A DNA stretch of 64,000 bases from a virus. Taxonomy: Duplodnaviria; Caudoviricetes. Both the position numbers and the translations under genes were made by a program. Below are positions 54,300 to 63,135 of this stretch, piece after piece. Position 1 is the first letter of the stretch; every line of letters starts with the position of its first letter. The notes beneath the pieces were generated by a model. The model had not been told where the DNA came from. It did no database searches and worked only from the letters and a program-made list of their open reading frames with translations. The stretch lies in IMG/VR virus record IMGVR_UViG_3300047539_000071, positions 2,372 to 66,371 of that record. One strand, 5' to 3'.

Positions 54300-56777
54300 A
54301 TGGGCTCCAAAGCCGACAGCGTGACAATTCCACAACCGCTTTCTAGCGGAGCTACGGATCAACCGACCGCCCCACAAAGCGGTACGCCTGATCTATACAG
54401 CGATCTTCCGCCGGGGTACTCTGCGCCTAGCACTGCCCCAAAAAGTCCAGATCTTTACAGCGATCTTCCGGCGGGATATTCCCGTCCCAGCACGGCGCCG
54501 CAGGCATCGTACGATCCGAATCCAGCAGCTACCCTGCTCGGTCGGCAACCGGCGGAACCGGCGGGTGCGTGGAACCCTGCCCGCATTCAGCCGATAACGG
54601 GCCCCCTCGCTCCCGGGAATGATTATGCCCCAACCCCAGGATTTAAGGCGCGCACTGCGGGTGAAGCAACAGAAGCATATCATCATCCGCTTGAAGCGCT
54701 GAAAGGCGCAGCTAAGGGTGTGGTTGGCGTTATGGGGAATGTGCTCCCCGGCGTACAGAGCGAGAACGTAGATCAAAAGACTTTAGCCGATAACCCCTAC
54801 ATCTCACAGAGCGTGAAAACCGCCCTAGCCGGCCCTCAACAGCAACCACAGGATCTATCCGGAGGAGTTGTATCCGGAATTCTTCAGCCACAAAACACAG
54901 CCCAACAAGCGGGCGCCGATGCAGCCAACATATATGCCGGAGTGCAGGGAGCGCGCCAATTAGCAAAAACCCTACCAAGTTTACGCAACCCCATAGAGAA
55001 TCCAGTGTCCCAAGGTCGGTATCTCCCAGAGGGTGCTAATTTCTCGGGAGTAATGCGGTCAAACTCCCACTTCGACATGCCGGCAGAAGCGTCGCGGGCG
55101 ATCCCGGCCATGAAAGAAGCCGCAGCTGACTTAGGTACAAAGCCAAGCGATTTCCAAGGCATGAACGGGCCGACGATGACAAAGCGCATCGTTGACCACG
55201 CCATAGACATCAATGAAGCTCGCAACGTGCGGGCCATTGACCCCGTCCGTTCACAACCTGCTGATGTTTCTACCAGCCAAGATTTAGCAGACCTCATGGA
55301 TAAAAAGAACCCGACGGTTGGGGACGTAGATAAATTCCGCATGGAGGCTAACAAAAAACTTTCGAAGTCAGGTTATTACGGACAATCTCCATCACAGCAA
55401 TACTCTGCTGGCCCGGATCTGGCAAAACTAGAGAGTGCAGCCAGCCAAGCTCGTGACCTCGTTTATGACGATGTCTACAAGCATACTGGTGTAGACATCC
55501 GGCCACAGAAACAGATCGAGGCATCGCTTATCAAACTGAATGACGTGGCCAACTCAACCAACAACACTTTGTCGCAACAGGAAGCGAAATTTCAAAACAC
55601 GCCGATAAAGGATAGGATACTTGGATCAGTTAAGAGGCTAATCGCAATCAAAGCGAACCCCACAAATGCTTTCGAACCGGGCGTGAGTTCGCCTACAGAT
55701 GAGTTCAATGCGAACATGAAGAAAGTTTTCCAGAACGACGGAAGCGTCACTCCGGGGTCCGTAATGAAGAATGCAAAGTTGCTCGATTCACCGAAAGGCG
55801 TGTTGACCCCGCCCCCCGGCGTAACACCGCCTGAGCCGAGTCGGCAACTGAACCTTGATCTGCAACCGGCGAAACAGCAACCTAAATTTAATCTGGAGCC
55901 GCCCCCCGGCGTAACACCGCCTGAGCCGAGTCGGCAACTGAACCTTGATCTGCAACCGGCGAAACAGCAACCTAAATTTAATCTGGAGCCGCCCCCCGGT
56001 GTAACGCCACCTGAGCCGGATCGGCAACTGAGTCTGAACATGCGACCGGGACACCACGGATTTAATCTGGAGCCGCCTCCGGGCGTGACCCCACCCACAC
56101 CGTCACAGCAGTATGGCCTTCCCGGTTTTGGCGGGCCGTCGGGAGTGGACGCGAACGTACCACCGCAACCGGATCTCGTTCCAACTTCGGGCGCTACACG
56201 GCTGCCCGCAAGTTCCATTCCCACGCGCCTACAGTTGGCAGCTGAGAATGCGAAGACCGGGCCGCGAGAACTGCCGATCGACATGCTCCGGAAAATGGGC
56301 ATTAGCGACCCCTCTGTGCAGGAAGAAGGTCTCGCGCAGCGTGCAAGATCTGCGGAAGTGGCGAAGAAGTATCCAGTTGAGAAGGGGTCTCTGGCGAAGC
56401 CACCACAAGATCCGTTTAACGCACCGACCGAAGCGGCGGGACCAAAGGCGCAGAAGAGCGCTAGCAAACCGATGCCTGAAGCAGAGAGTCAACTCGATGC
56501 TCTCAAACGGAAGATGGGCATAAAACCGGAGACCGTAAACGGGTCAGGCGAGTCTTCCGCTTCCCAGGAAGCTATCAACCGGGCCAAGTCCGAGAAGACC
56601 GCCGGGGTTAAGAGAGTAGTGGTTGACACGCGCAGCGGAAATGAGCGACCATTGGTAGGAGTCGATGCTGTAGACTACACCCCTAAACCTTACGAGTCCG
56701 TCGAGTTCCGCGGCGGTAAGCGCGATGGCGAGATAATCGATCAAGGCAGCAGTGCACGGAAGTACAAGAGGAAGTAA
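54300..56777 (+). CDS. Ejection protein 3
   Basis: 825 aa with internal Pro-rich repeats. Confidence 0.6.
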   Translation: MGSKADSVTIPQPLSSGATDQPTAPQSGTPDLYSDLPPGYSAPSTAPKSPDLYSDLPAGYSRPSTAPQASYDPNPAATLLGRQPAEPAGAWNPARIQPITGPLAPGNDYAPTPGFKARTAGEATEAYHHPLEALKGAAKGVVGVMGNVLPGVQSENVDQKTLADNPYISQSVKTALAGPQQQPQDLSGGVVSGILQPQNTAQQAGADAANIYAGVQGARQLAKTLPSLRNPIENPVSQGRYLPEGANFSGVMRSNSHFDMPAEASRAIPAMKEAAADLGTKPSDFQGMNGPTMTKRIVDHAIDINEARNVRAIDPVRSQPADVSTSQDLADLMDKKNPTVGDVDKFRMEANKKLSKSGYYGQSPSQQYSAGPDLAKLESAASQARDLVYDDVYKHTGVDIRPQKQIEASLIKLNDVANSTNNTLSQQEAKFQNTPIKDRILGSVKRLIAIKANPTNAFEPGVSSPTDEFNANMKKVFQNDGSVTPGSVMKNAKLLDSPKGVLTPPPGVTPPEPSRQLNLDLQPAKQQPKFNLEPPPGVTPPEPSRQLNLDLQPAKQQPKFNLEPPPGVTPPEPDRQLSLNMRPGHHGFNLEPPPGVTPPTPSQQYGLPGFGGPSGVDANVPPQPDLVPTSGATRLPASSIPTRLQLAAENAKTGPRELPIDMLRKMGISDPSVQEEGLAQRARSAEVAKKYPVEKGSLAKPPQDPFNAPTEAAGPKAQKSASKPMPEAESQLDALKRKMGIKPETVNGSGESSASQEAINRAKSEKTAGVKRVVVDTRSGNERPLVGVDAVDYTPKPYESVEFRGGKRDGEIIDQGSSARKYKRK
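55809..56102 (+). repeat. In-frame 90-bp tandem repeats
   Basis: PPPGVTPPEPSRQLNLDLQPAKQQPKFNLE x2, an 84-bp variant and a partial fourth copy. Confidence 0.95.
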
Positions 56778-57796
56778 TGGCAGACAAACCGAAGCCGAAG
56801 AGTGAACCCGAAGCGCCGCAGGCACCCGCACCTTCTAAGATGTCTCAAGAAGCCGTGATGGAGCACGCCAAGACTGGCAACTCCGTATTCGATCCCCGGA
56901 CGGGAAAGAACCTTACCGGTTCAAACAACATTGCTGTTGACATTGCCCCGGAGTACGCGCACGTTCACGATCATCCGCCGACATCTGCCGAGCACGAGAC
57001 CTTTACGGCTCAAGTTCACCACATTACGTCAAAGCATGCCAATTCGGCGGTTGGTTCGTACTATGACGAAGAAACAGGACTGCACCATTTGAAGGTAGTT
57101 GGCCTGACGCCGTCCAAGATTGCAGCCGTTAGAATGGCGCAACACATGGGCAGTGATCACGCCTATAATCTGGCAACCGACGAAAAGATTCCGACCGGCC
57201 ACTTCGGGCCACCGCAACCGTCACATATGAACGTTGACCGGAGACTCGAGATGTTGCGCGCGGATTCGCCGAAGCGAGAGCCGTATTCCGGCACACATTT
57301 TTCTGACAGAAAACTTGACAAGATCCAAGGCGCACACCGAGGTGCACTCGGCGCGAAGGGTGTAGATGCGTCCAGAGCGGATTCAGACCGCGTCCATGCC
57401 GGAACCAAAGCCGGTTATGGCAACGATGCACCAGCAGGTTTCTATACCACCAAAGCAGGACACGCAGCCCCGGCTATGGAGGCCGCCAAACAACATGCTT
57501 ATAGCGTTCGCGGTCATTTTGCTTTTGGAAGCACTGACTCTCCAGAGTTTCAGCAGGGGTATCAGAACGGTGTCCAGCACGCGAAAGCGAACGGCGCCGA
57601 TGACAAGACGGCCCACCAACTCGGGCAGAACAACGCCGAACATTCGCTAGCTGATGCCGGATATGACGGGTATCATAATCCGAAGCATCCGGGAGTCCGC
57701 TTTCACTTCGGAGACCACGATGCCGAACCCGTAATGACTCACCCGCACATGGAACCCAGAGAGCCTAAGCAAGAAGCTCCTCCGCAGGAGAAGTAA
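56777..57796 (+). CDS. His-rich internal virion protein with ART-like C-terminal domain
   Basis: GTHFS..GFY..YSV..AGYDGY pattern. Confidence 0.45.
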   Translation: MADKPKPKSEPEAPQAPAPSKMSQEAVMEHAKTGNSVFDPRTGKNLTGSNNIAVDIAPEYAHVHDHPPTSAEHETFTAQVHHITSKHANSAVGSYYDEETGLHHLKVVGLTPSKIAAVRMAQHMGSDHAYNLATDEKIPTGHFGPPQPSHMNVDRRLEMLRADSPKREPYSGTHFSDRKLDKIQGAHRGALGAKGVDASRADSDRVHAGTKAGYGNDAPAGFYTTKAGHAAPAMEAAKQHAYSVRGHFAFGSTDSPEFQQGYQNGVQHAKANGADDKTAHQLGQNNAEHSLADAGYDGYHNPKHPGVRFHFGDHDAEPVMTHPHMEPREPKQEAPPQEK

Positions 57797-59500
57797 ATGG
57801 GCAGCGTTCTCGCGGAGACCCAGATCGACAACACCCCCAACACAAGCTATCCAGACAGCTTTGTGCGGTTCCGTTTGCGCGGTTTCACTGGTGACGTTCC
57901 CGTCACCACCACTTCGGCAACCATCGCCGTAACTGCAACACTAGCCATCGGGCCGATGTCGCAAGTTCTGGTTCCAAACATCAACATTTTACCCGCAGCT
58001 ACCTTCTACACAGTCGAGCAATGGAGTAAACGGAGGATCACTTCGTCAGCGAACTACACCCTGAACACCAGCGGGGATCTGAGCGTTGCTACGCCATACC
58101 CGGAACCGCCGATAGCCTCGTTGCTGACGCCGGTATTCTCCCCAACGGGCGGAACGTTTACCACGATCCAAAGCGTGACAATCGTCTCGGATCCGAATTC
58201 TCAAGCAACGTACTACACAACAGACGGCTCAACACCAACCACGCTCTCAACCCTTTACTCTGGGGCGATCTCCGTTAGCACCAGCAAAACCCTAAAAGCA
58301 ATATCTGTAGGGGCTGGTTTTAACAATTCTCCTGTTGGGGCAGCTTCTTTCACCATTAACCTTCCGACATTAGCCACACCGACGTTCTCCCCCGCTGCGG
58401 GAACGTACACTTCTGCGCAGAGCGTAACGGTTCTCTCAGACTCAAACGCGACAGCCACTTACTATACGACCGACGGCTCAACGCCAAATTCTGGATCGAC
58501 TTTGTACACAGGCGCGATAACAGTCTCGAGTAGCGAAACGATCAAAGCGATTTCCTACGCAACAGGCTACGTTACTTCAGCGGTCGGCTCTGCCGCCTAT
58601 CTAATCCACGGCCAATTGGCGACTCCGACGTTTGCTCCGGGCGCCGGCAGCTATAACAGCATCCAGAGTGTGACCATCACTTCGGACGCAAACGCCACGA
58701 ACACGTACTACACGACTGACGGCACCACCCCGACAAACGCATCTACTCCGTACTCAGGTGCGATATCTGTTGGAACTACCGAAACATTGAAAGCGATTTC
58801 GTACGCTTCGGGCTACCCGACTTCAAATGTTGGCAGCGCTGCTTACACCATCACCCTCGGAATTTCATTGGTGAATTCGGCAATAGCCCAGGCTGCCAGT
58901 ATTGGGTTGAGTCCGGCGACCACCACTGGCGTCGATACGACCGGCGCCAACTTCCTCGTCGTAGCTGTGTCTAACTACGACAGCAACAGCGGAACAGTAA
59001 CGATCACTGACACTATAGGTGGCAGCCCAAGCGGAAACACTTGGGTTCTTGGCGGCCCCAGCACACGATACGGATTCAACCAAGGTGGAAACTTCTACTG
59101 GTATGTCTACGCTGCGAACGTTGGGGCGAACCACGTATTCTCGGCAGCTGTTACGGGAAATGCGACTCCTACTATCGCGGCGATGGCGTGGGCCGGAATG
59201 CCGTCCAGCGGATCGCCGTCGAGCGTCACGTCCGGAACTGGCGCGAGCCCGTTCCAGACCCCGACCGGGTTGGCTGCGAATGCCGGCGACTTAGTGCTGG
59301 CAACGTTCGGCGGCCTACAACCGAGTCCGACAGTTTCCGTCGATACTGGCTTTACGATCGCACAGCAAGACTTCACAAGTTACTGCGGAGAGGCAGCTGC
59401 GTATCTGGTGCCAGGGTCGAGCGGCACTTACACTCCGACCTGGACTTGGACCGGCGGATCAGGGACAAGCAACGCAAGCATAATCGTGTTCCCGGGGTAA
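57797..59500 (+). CDS. Tail fibre with three Fn3-associated (CHB_HEX_C-like) repeats
   Basis: 3x TP.FSP..GT....QSVT..SD..A..YYTTDGSTP. Confidence 0.85.
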   Translation: MGSVLAETQIDNTPNTSYPDSFVRFRLRGFTGDVPVTTTSATIAVTATLAIGPMSQVLVPNINILPAATFYTVEQWSKRRITSSANYTLNTSGDLSVATPYPEPPIASLLTPVFSPTGGTFTTIQSVTIVSDPNSQATYYTTDGSTPTTLSTLYSGAISVSTSKTLKAISVGAGFNNSPVGAASFTINLPTLATPTFSPAAGTYTSAQSVTVLSDSNATATYYTTDGSTPNSGSTLYTGAITVSSSETIKAISYATGYVTSAVGSAAYLIHGQLATPTFAPGAGSYNSIQSVTITSDANATNTYYTTDGTTPTNASTPYSGAISVGTTETLKAISYASGYPTSNVGSAAYTITLGISLVNSAIAQAASIGLSPATTTGVDTTGANFLVVAVSNYDSNSGTVTITDTIGGSPSGNTWVLGGPSTRYGFNQGGNFYWYVYAANVGANHVFSAAVTGNATPTIAAMAWAGMPSSGSPSSVTSGTGASPFQTPTGLAANAGDLVLATFGGLQPSPTVSVDTGFTIAQQDFTSYCGEAAAYLVPGSSGTYTPTWTWTGGSGTSNASIIVFPG

Positions 59501-59511
59501 AATAGAAGAGG

Positions 59512-60552
59512 ATGGCATCTCAGATAATTATCACCGGAACGTTGGAAGATGTCGGAGGAAATGATCTCCAGACGCCTAGCGGGTTCGTGCGCTTCCGACT
59601 CCGGAACTTTCAAGGCTTCGTACCCGTAATTTCCGGGACGAGCATCATAGCCGAGCCTCAGATTGACGCACAGCCCAACAGCTCTGGGTATATCGATGTG
59701 CTAATTTGGGGTAACAACAACATTACTCCCGCGAACACGTTCTACACAGTCGAGTTCTGGTCGAATGGTCGGATAACTTCGTCCGGAAATTACGTCTTCA
59801 ACGTAAACACTGACCTCGGTTCTGCTTCACCAATCAACCCGGCGCCGAATCCGAGTCTTCCCACGATAGCCTTCTTGAACAACGGGCTGATGAACAGCTC
59901 CCAGATTCGCCTCAACCTCGAGAGCACCGATGACTCCGTAGCGATCGTGGACGATGGAAACGGAAACATCAATCTAAGCGCCGCAGGCGGGGGCGGCGGA
60001 TTCGACAGCCTCGGCGGATTCTGGGGTGGTGGTTGGCCGATGATGGCCCCGTACGGGCTCAACATGAGCCAAGAGAATATCGAAGTGGTTGGGGCGGGCG
60101 ATCTGCTTCTGTGGCAATTCGCGCTTGTAAATTCCTGGACAATTTCAAAAGTAACTGTTGGCCTGCAAGCATCCGGTTCTACGGGTTGCCAGTCCTATTT
60201 TGGGCTCTACAATTCTTCTGGGCAGTTAGTCCTAAACAGCGGCTCGTTTGCTTCCGATGCAGCGCCAGGGATATTAACCAACTCGATTACACCGGTCGTA
60301 CTGCCAGTGGGCATATACTATCTGTTCGCTGCGGACGGAAGCCCGCGCACAGAAGGGCCGGCGCCATACTTCTACACTTGGGCTCCAGCAACCGGCGCGA
60401 ATGCGCAAGCGTTGTTGATGGTTCAAGCATCAAGCACGAAAGTTGGAATCGGAGCAAACGCTGTCACAAAAGTCTCAGGCCCGCCGACGAATACGGGGTT
60501 AATATCTGCGACAAATACCGAAGCGATTCCTGCCGTATTCTTCTCGGTGTAA
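59512..60552 (+). CDS. Tail fibre / receptor-binding protein
   Basis: N-terminus paralogous to the 57797 gene (FVRFRLR..TFYTVE.WS..RITSS.NY). Confidence 0.7.
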   Translation: MASQIIITGTLEDVGGNDLQTPSGFVRFRLRNFQGFVPVISGTSIIAEPQIDAQPNSSGYIDVLIWGNNNITPANTFYTVEFWSNGRITSSGNYVFNVNTDLGSASPINPAPNPSLPTIAFLNNGLMNSSQIRLNLESTDDSVAIVDDGNGNINLSAAGGGGGFDSLGGFWGGGWPMMAPYGLNMSQENIEVVGAGDLLLWQFALVNSWTISKVTVGLQASGSTGCQSYFGLYNSSGQLVLNSGSFASDAAPGILTNSITPVVLPVGIYYLFAADGSPRTEGPAPYFYTWAPATGANAQALLMVQASSTKVGIGANAVTKVSGPPTNTGLISATNTEAIPAVFFSV

Positions 60553-60556
60553 CCCT

Positions 60557-60826
60557 ATGAACAGCCCAGATATCGACCGTATCTTTTCGACGCTCCAAGA
60601 CCAGAACCGGGTCATGCACGAGCAGGGTCTCGCGATGGCGACTCTTATCCAGGAGTGCAAGGGTACCAATGAGCGGCTGTTTGGCACCGGCAACACACCA
60701 GGGCTCTTCAGCATCGTGATGAAGCATGACAGGCAACTCGGATACGTGCGGGGCGCCGCGGCGTTGATCGCGCTTCTCTGGTCTGCCGCCGTCGCTTTCG
60801 TTGTGGCTAAAGTAAGTCACCACTGA
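60557..60826 (+). CDS. Coiled-coil protein with C-terminal TM helix (holin/antiholin-like)
   Basis: Single C-terminal hydrophobic helix; near the endolysin. Confidence 0.5.
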   Translation: MNSPDIDRIFSTLQDQNRVMHEQGLAMATLIQECKGTNERLFGTGNTPGLFSIVMKHDRQLGYVRGAAALIALLWSAAVAFVVAKVSHH

Positions 60827-60895
60827 TAAGCAAACCTTGGTCTGCCGCAAGGCGGGCCGCCCATGATGCTAAAATGGAGATGGAGAAATAACACC

Positions 60896-61369
60896 ATGAG
60901 CCTCCCGTCATATCCTCCCGCGCTACCGAACCAGAGCCAAACGCTCCTGGCGTACGATCGTGGATCCCAGGCGTATTTCTTCAAGAATGCCGTTTCAACC
61001 AGCGGTGCGTTGCCCGCAGTTTCATCCACTTACGGAAATAGTTTAGGGGCTCCGACGGGCTCTGTGATCTACGGGATTCCAAATGCAGTGGCGGTTGAGA
61101 ACGCCATGCAAGACATAATGATCCAGGTCGATTGCTACGGCTCGACTGCAACAGCCGGTCCTGGCGCAACCGTGGCGCTATACGGATCTTTGGACGCAGT
61201 TCAGTTCTACGCTTTGACAACCGTTGCCGTGACCACCATCGGCGCGTTGGTTTCGCTGGCGAAGTTGATTACCCCCGGCATTAAGCCGAAGTACATCACT
61301 GCCGGCGTGACTGCGTATACGGGCGTGGGCGGAACAACCGACAGCGTAACCTGTTCGATGTTTGCCTAA
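60896..61369 (+). CDS. Probable structural protein
   Basis: Beta-rich, Thr/Ala/Gly-rich. Confidence 0.5.
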   Translation: MSLPSYPPALPNQSQTLLAYDRGSQAYFFKNAVSTSGALPAVSSTYGNSLGAPTGSVIYGIPNAVAVENAMQDIMIQVDCYGSTATAGPGATVALYGSLDAVQFYALTTVAVTTIGALVSLAKLITPGIKPKYITAGVTAYTGVGGTTDSVTCSMFA

Positions 61370-61412
61370 TATACGAGGCTTTCCGCGCTGAAACAGGGGG
61401 ATTGCCTAATAT

Positions 61413-61841
61413 ATGATCTATTCCAAGAACGGACTTCACCTTACAGAGCAGTTTGAATCTTGTCGGCTCGTAGCCTACCAGGACAGCAAAGGCATCTGGA
61501 CGATTGGTTGGGGACACACCTTCGGCGTTCATGAGGGGCTCACTTGCACGCGGGATAAGGCGGATGCTTGGCTGCTCGAGGATATCCAAAGCGCCGCAGG
61601 CACGGTCAACCGGATGGTCACCGTTTCCCTAACTCAGGACGAGTTTGACGCACTAACCGATTTCGTGTTTAACGCCGGCAGCGGGAACTTCTCAGGCTCA
61701 ACCATGTTAAGATTGCTCAACCAAGGAAACTATGCGGGTGCCTCCGAACAATTTGAGAAATGGGATCATTCCGGCGGCGTGGAGATTGCCGGCCTGCTTA
61801 GGCGCCGAAAGGCAGAAGAGGGAGAATTCAATGGAGTATGA
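61413..61841 (+). CDS. Endolysin, GH24 lysozyme
   Basis: E-x8-D-x5-T (FESCRLVAYQDSKGIWTIGWGHT), GLLRRRKAE. Confidence 0.93.
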   Translation: MIYSKNGLHLTEQFESCRLVAYQDSKGIWTIGWGHTFGVHEGLTCTRDKADAWLLEDIQSAAGTVNRMVTVSLTQDEFDALTDFVFNAGSGNFSGSTMLRLLNQGNYAGASEQFEKWDHSGGVEIAGLLRRRKAEEGEFNGV

Positions 61842-62010
61842 CTGCCAGTATCGGACGGACTACGGATGCCCGTGCCGATCGTGGGTGGATAAAAGGTTGG
61901 TTGTAGACGGTGAGCCGATCTATTGCACTACGCACCGGGCAGACATGCTTCACATTGACGCCCTCGAGAAAGAGATCAACGACGTAATCGAGAAGGCCCG
62001 CCGCAAATGA
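61831..62010 (+). CDS. Hypothetical protein
   Basis: Cys/His-containing, 59 aa. Confidence 0.45.
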   Translation: MEYDCQYRTDYGCPCRSWVDKRLVVDGEPIYCTTHRADMLHIDALEKEINDVIEKARRK

Positions 62011-62022
62011 TAAAATGAGTCC

Positions 62023-62586
62023 ATGCTCAACTTCATCAAAACCGAGAAGGCTTGGATCCTATCTCATCTAGTTTGGATTGTTGCTGTAGCGGTTGCGTTG
62101 GTTGTCGGGCATATCGCCCTCACCGAGCACGACCAGCGAGTTGCCGCGGAAGCAGCAATGAAGATCTCTGAAGCCAACGTTTCGCAGCTCCAGGCGCAAA
62201 TCAAGAATACAGACAATGTAGCCGCCCAGAAGGTGCAGACGATCGTCAAGATCGTCCACGATTTAGGGCCGAACGCTACTCCGGGACAGATCGTAGCCGC
62301 CGTACCGCAGCTCACCGATGCACCCCTCAATGCCCGGGTAATCGCGAACGATCCGGCGAACATATCGGTTGCCGCCGTGCCCTTTCTCCAGTTCCTTCAG
62401 ACCAGCGCAACCAACAGCGTTCTGCTGGGTGCGTGCCAATCTGATTTGACAAACGAGACAGCCATTGTTGGCCAAAAACAGGACGAGATTACCGCCCTCA
62501 AGAAGAAACCCTCATTCATATCTCGCGTCAAGCATGTGGCCGAAGCAGTTGGGGTTGGGATCGCGATTGGTATACTGTTAAAGTGA
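62023..62586 (+). CDS. Spanin-like lysis accessory protein
   Basis: N-terminal TM helix, coiled coil, C-terminal hydrophobic helix; after the endolysin. Confidence 0.5.
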   Translation: MLNFIKTEKAWILSHLVWIVAVAVALVVGHIALTEHDQRVAAEAAMKISEANVSQLQAQIKNTDNVAAQKVQTIVKIVHDLGPNATPGQIVAAVPQLTDAPLNARVIANDPANISVAAVPFLQFLQTSATNSVLLGACQSDLTNETAIVGQKQDEITALKKKPSFISRVKHVAEAVGVGIAIGILLK

Positions 62587-62759
62587 GTGTTTCTGACATC
62601 ATTTCGAAGATGGATACAGTTCTCGGGATTCTCGTGAAGTACGAGATCCACGCGTTCGTGCTGCTGATCGTGGGCTGCGGAATGTACCTACACGGAGTAC
62701 ACGACCAAGGTCAAGTGATCATCGGTGCCGCTCTGCTGGTGTTCAAAGGACAGAAATAA
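62583..62759 (+). CDS. Holin-like small membrane protein
   Basis: 58 aa, two hydrophobic helices, translated by hand. Confidence 0.45.
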   Translation: MSVSDIISKMDTVLGILVKYEIHAFVLLIVGCGMYLHGVHDQGQVIIGAALLVFKGQK

Positions 62760-63124
62760 TGCTGACAAAATTCAAGACGTGGTTCTTCAATCTGTTTAAG
62801 TCTGCGGAGCATGAGCTCTCGTTGGAAGCAGTAAAATCCCACGTCAGCGAAGTTGTGGCGGAAGCGGTCAATCACGTAGCCGTCCTGATAGTAGAAAGTA
62901 GATCAAACGCCAACGCCGATCTAAAAAAGTACATCGGGGAAGAGATTTGCAAGCGCTATGACAGCCTCGTAGCTGACGCCGGCAAAGCCGCACGGCTCAT
63001 GGAGCATTCGAAGATTGTTATGGCAGCCTGCGACTACTGCCACTTACCCTCACGGAGATTCTCAATCAGCAAGGTAGACGGAAAGACGATCTGCTCTAGC
63101 TGTGCGGCCAAGGGCATCAACTAA
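62759..63124 (+). CDS. Hypothetical protein with C-terminal zinc ribbon
   Basis: CDYC..CSSC. Confidence 0.55.
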   Translation: MLTKFKTWFFNLFKSAEHELSLEAVKSHVSEVVAEAVNHVAVLIVESRSNANADLKKYIGEEICKRYDSLVADAGKAARLMEHSKIVMAACDYCHLPSRRFSISKVDGKTICSSCAAKGIN

Positions 63125-63135
63125 GGAGATCTTAG

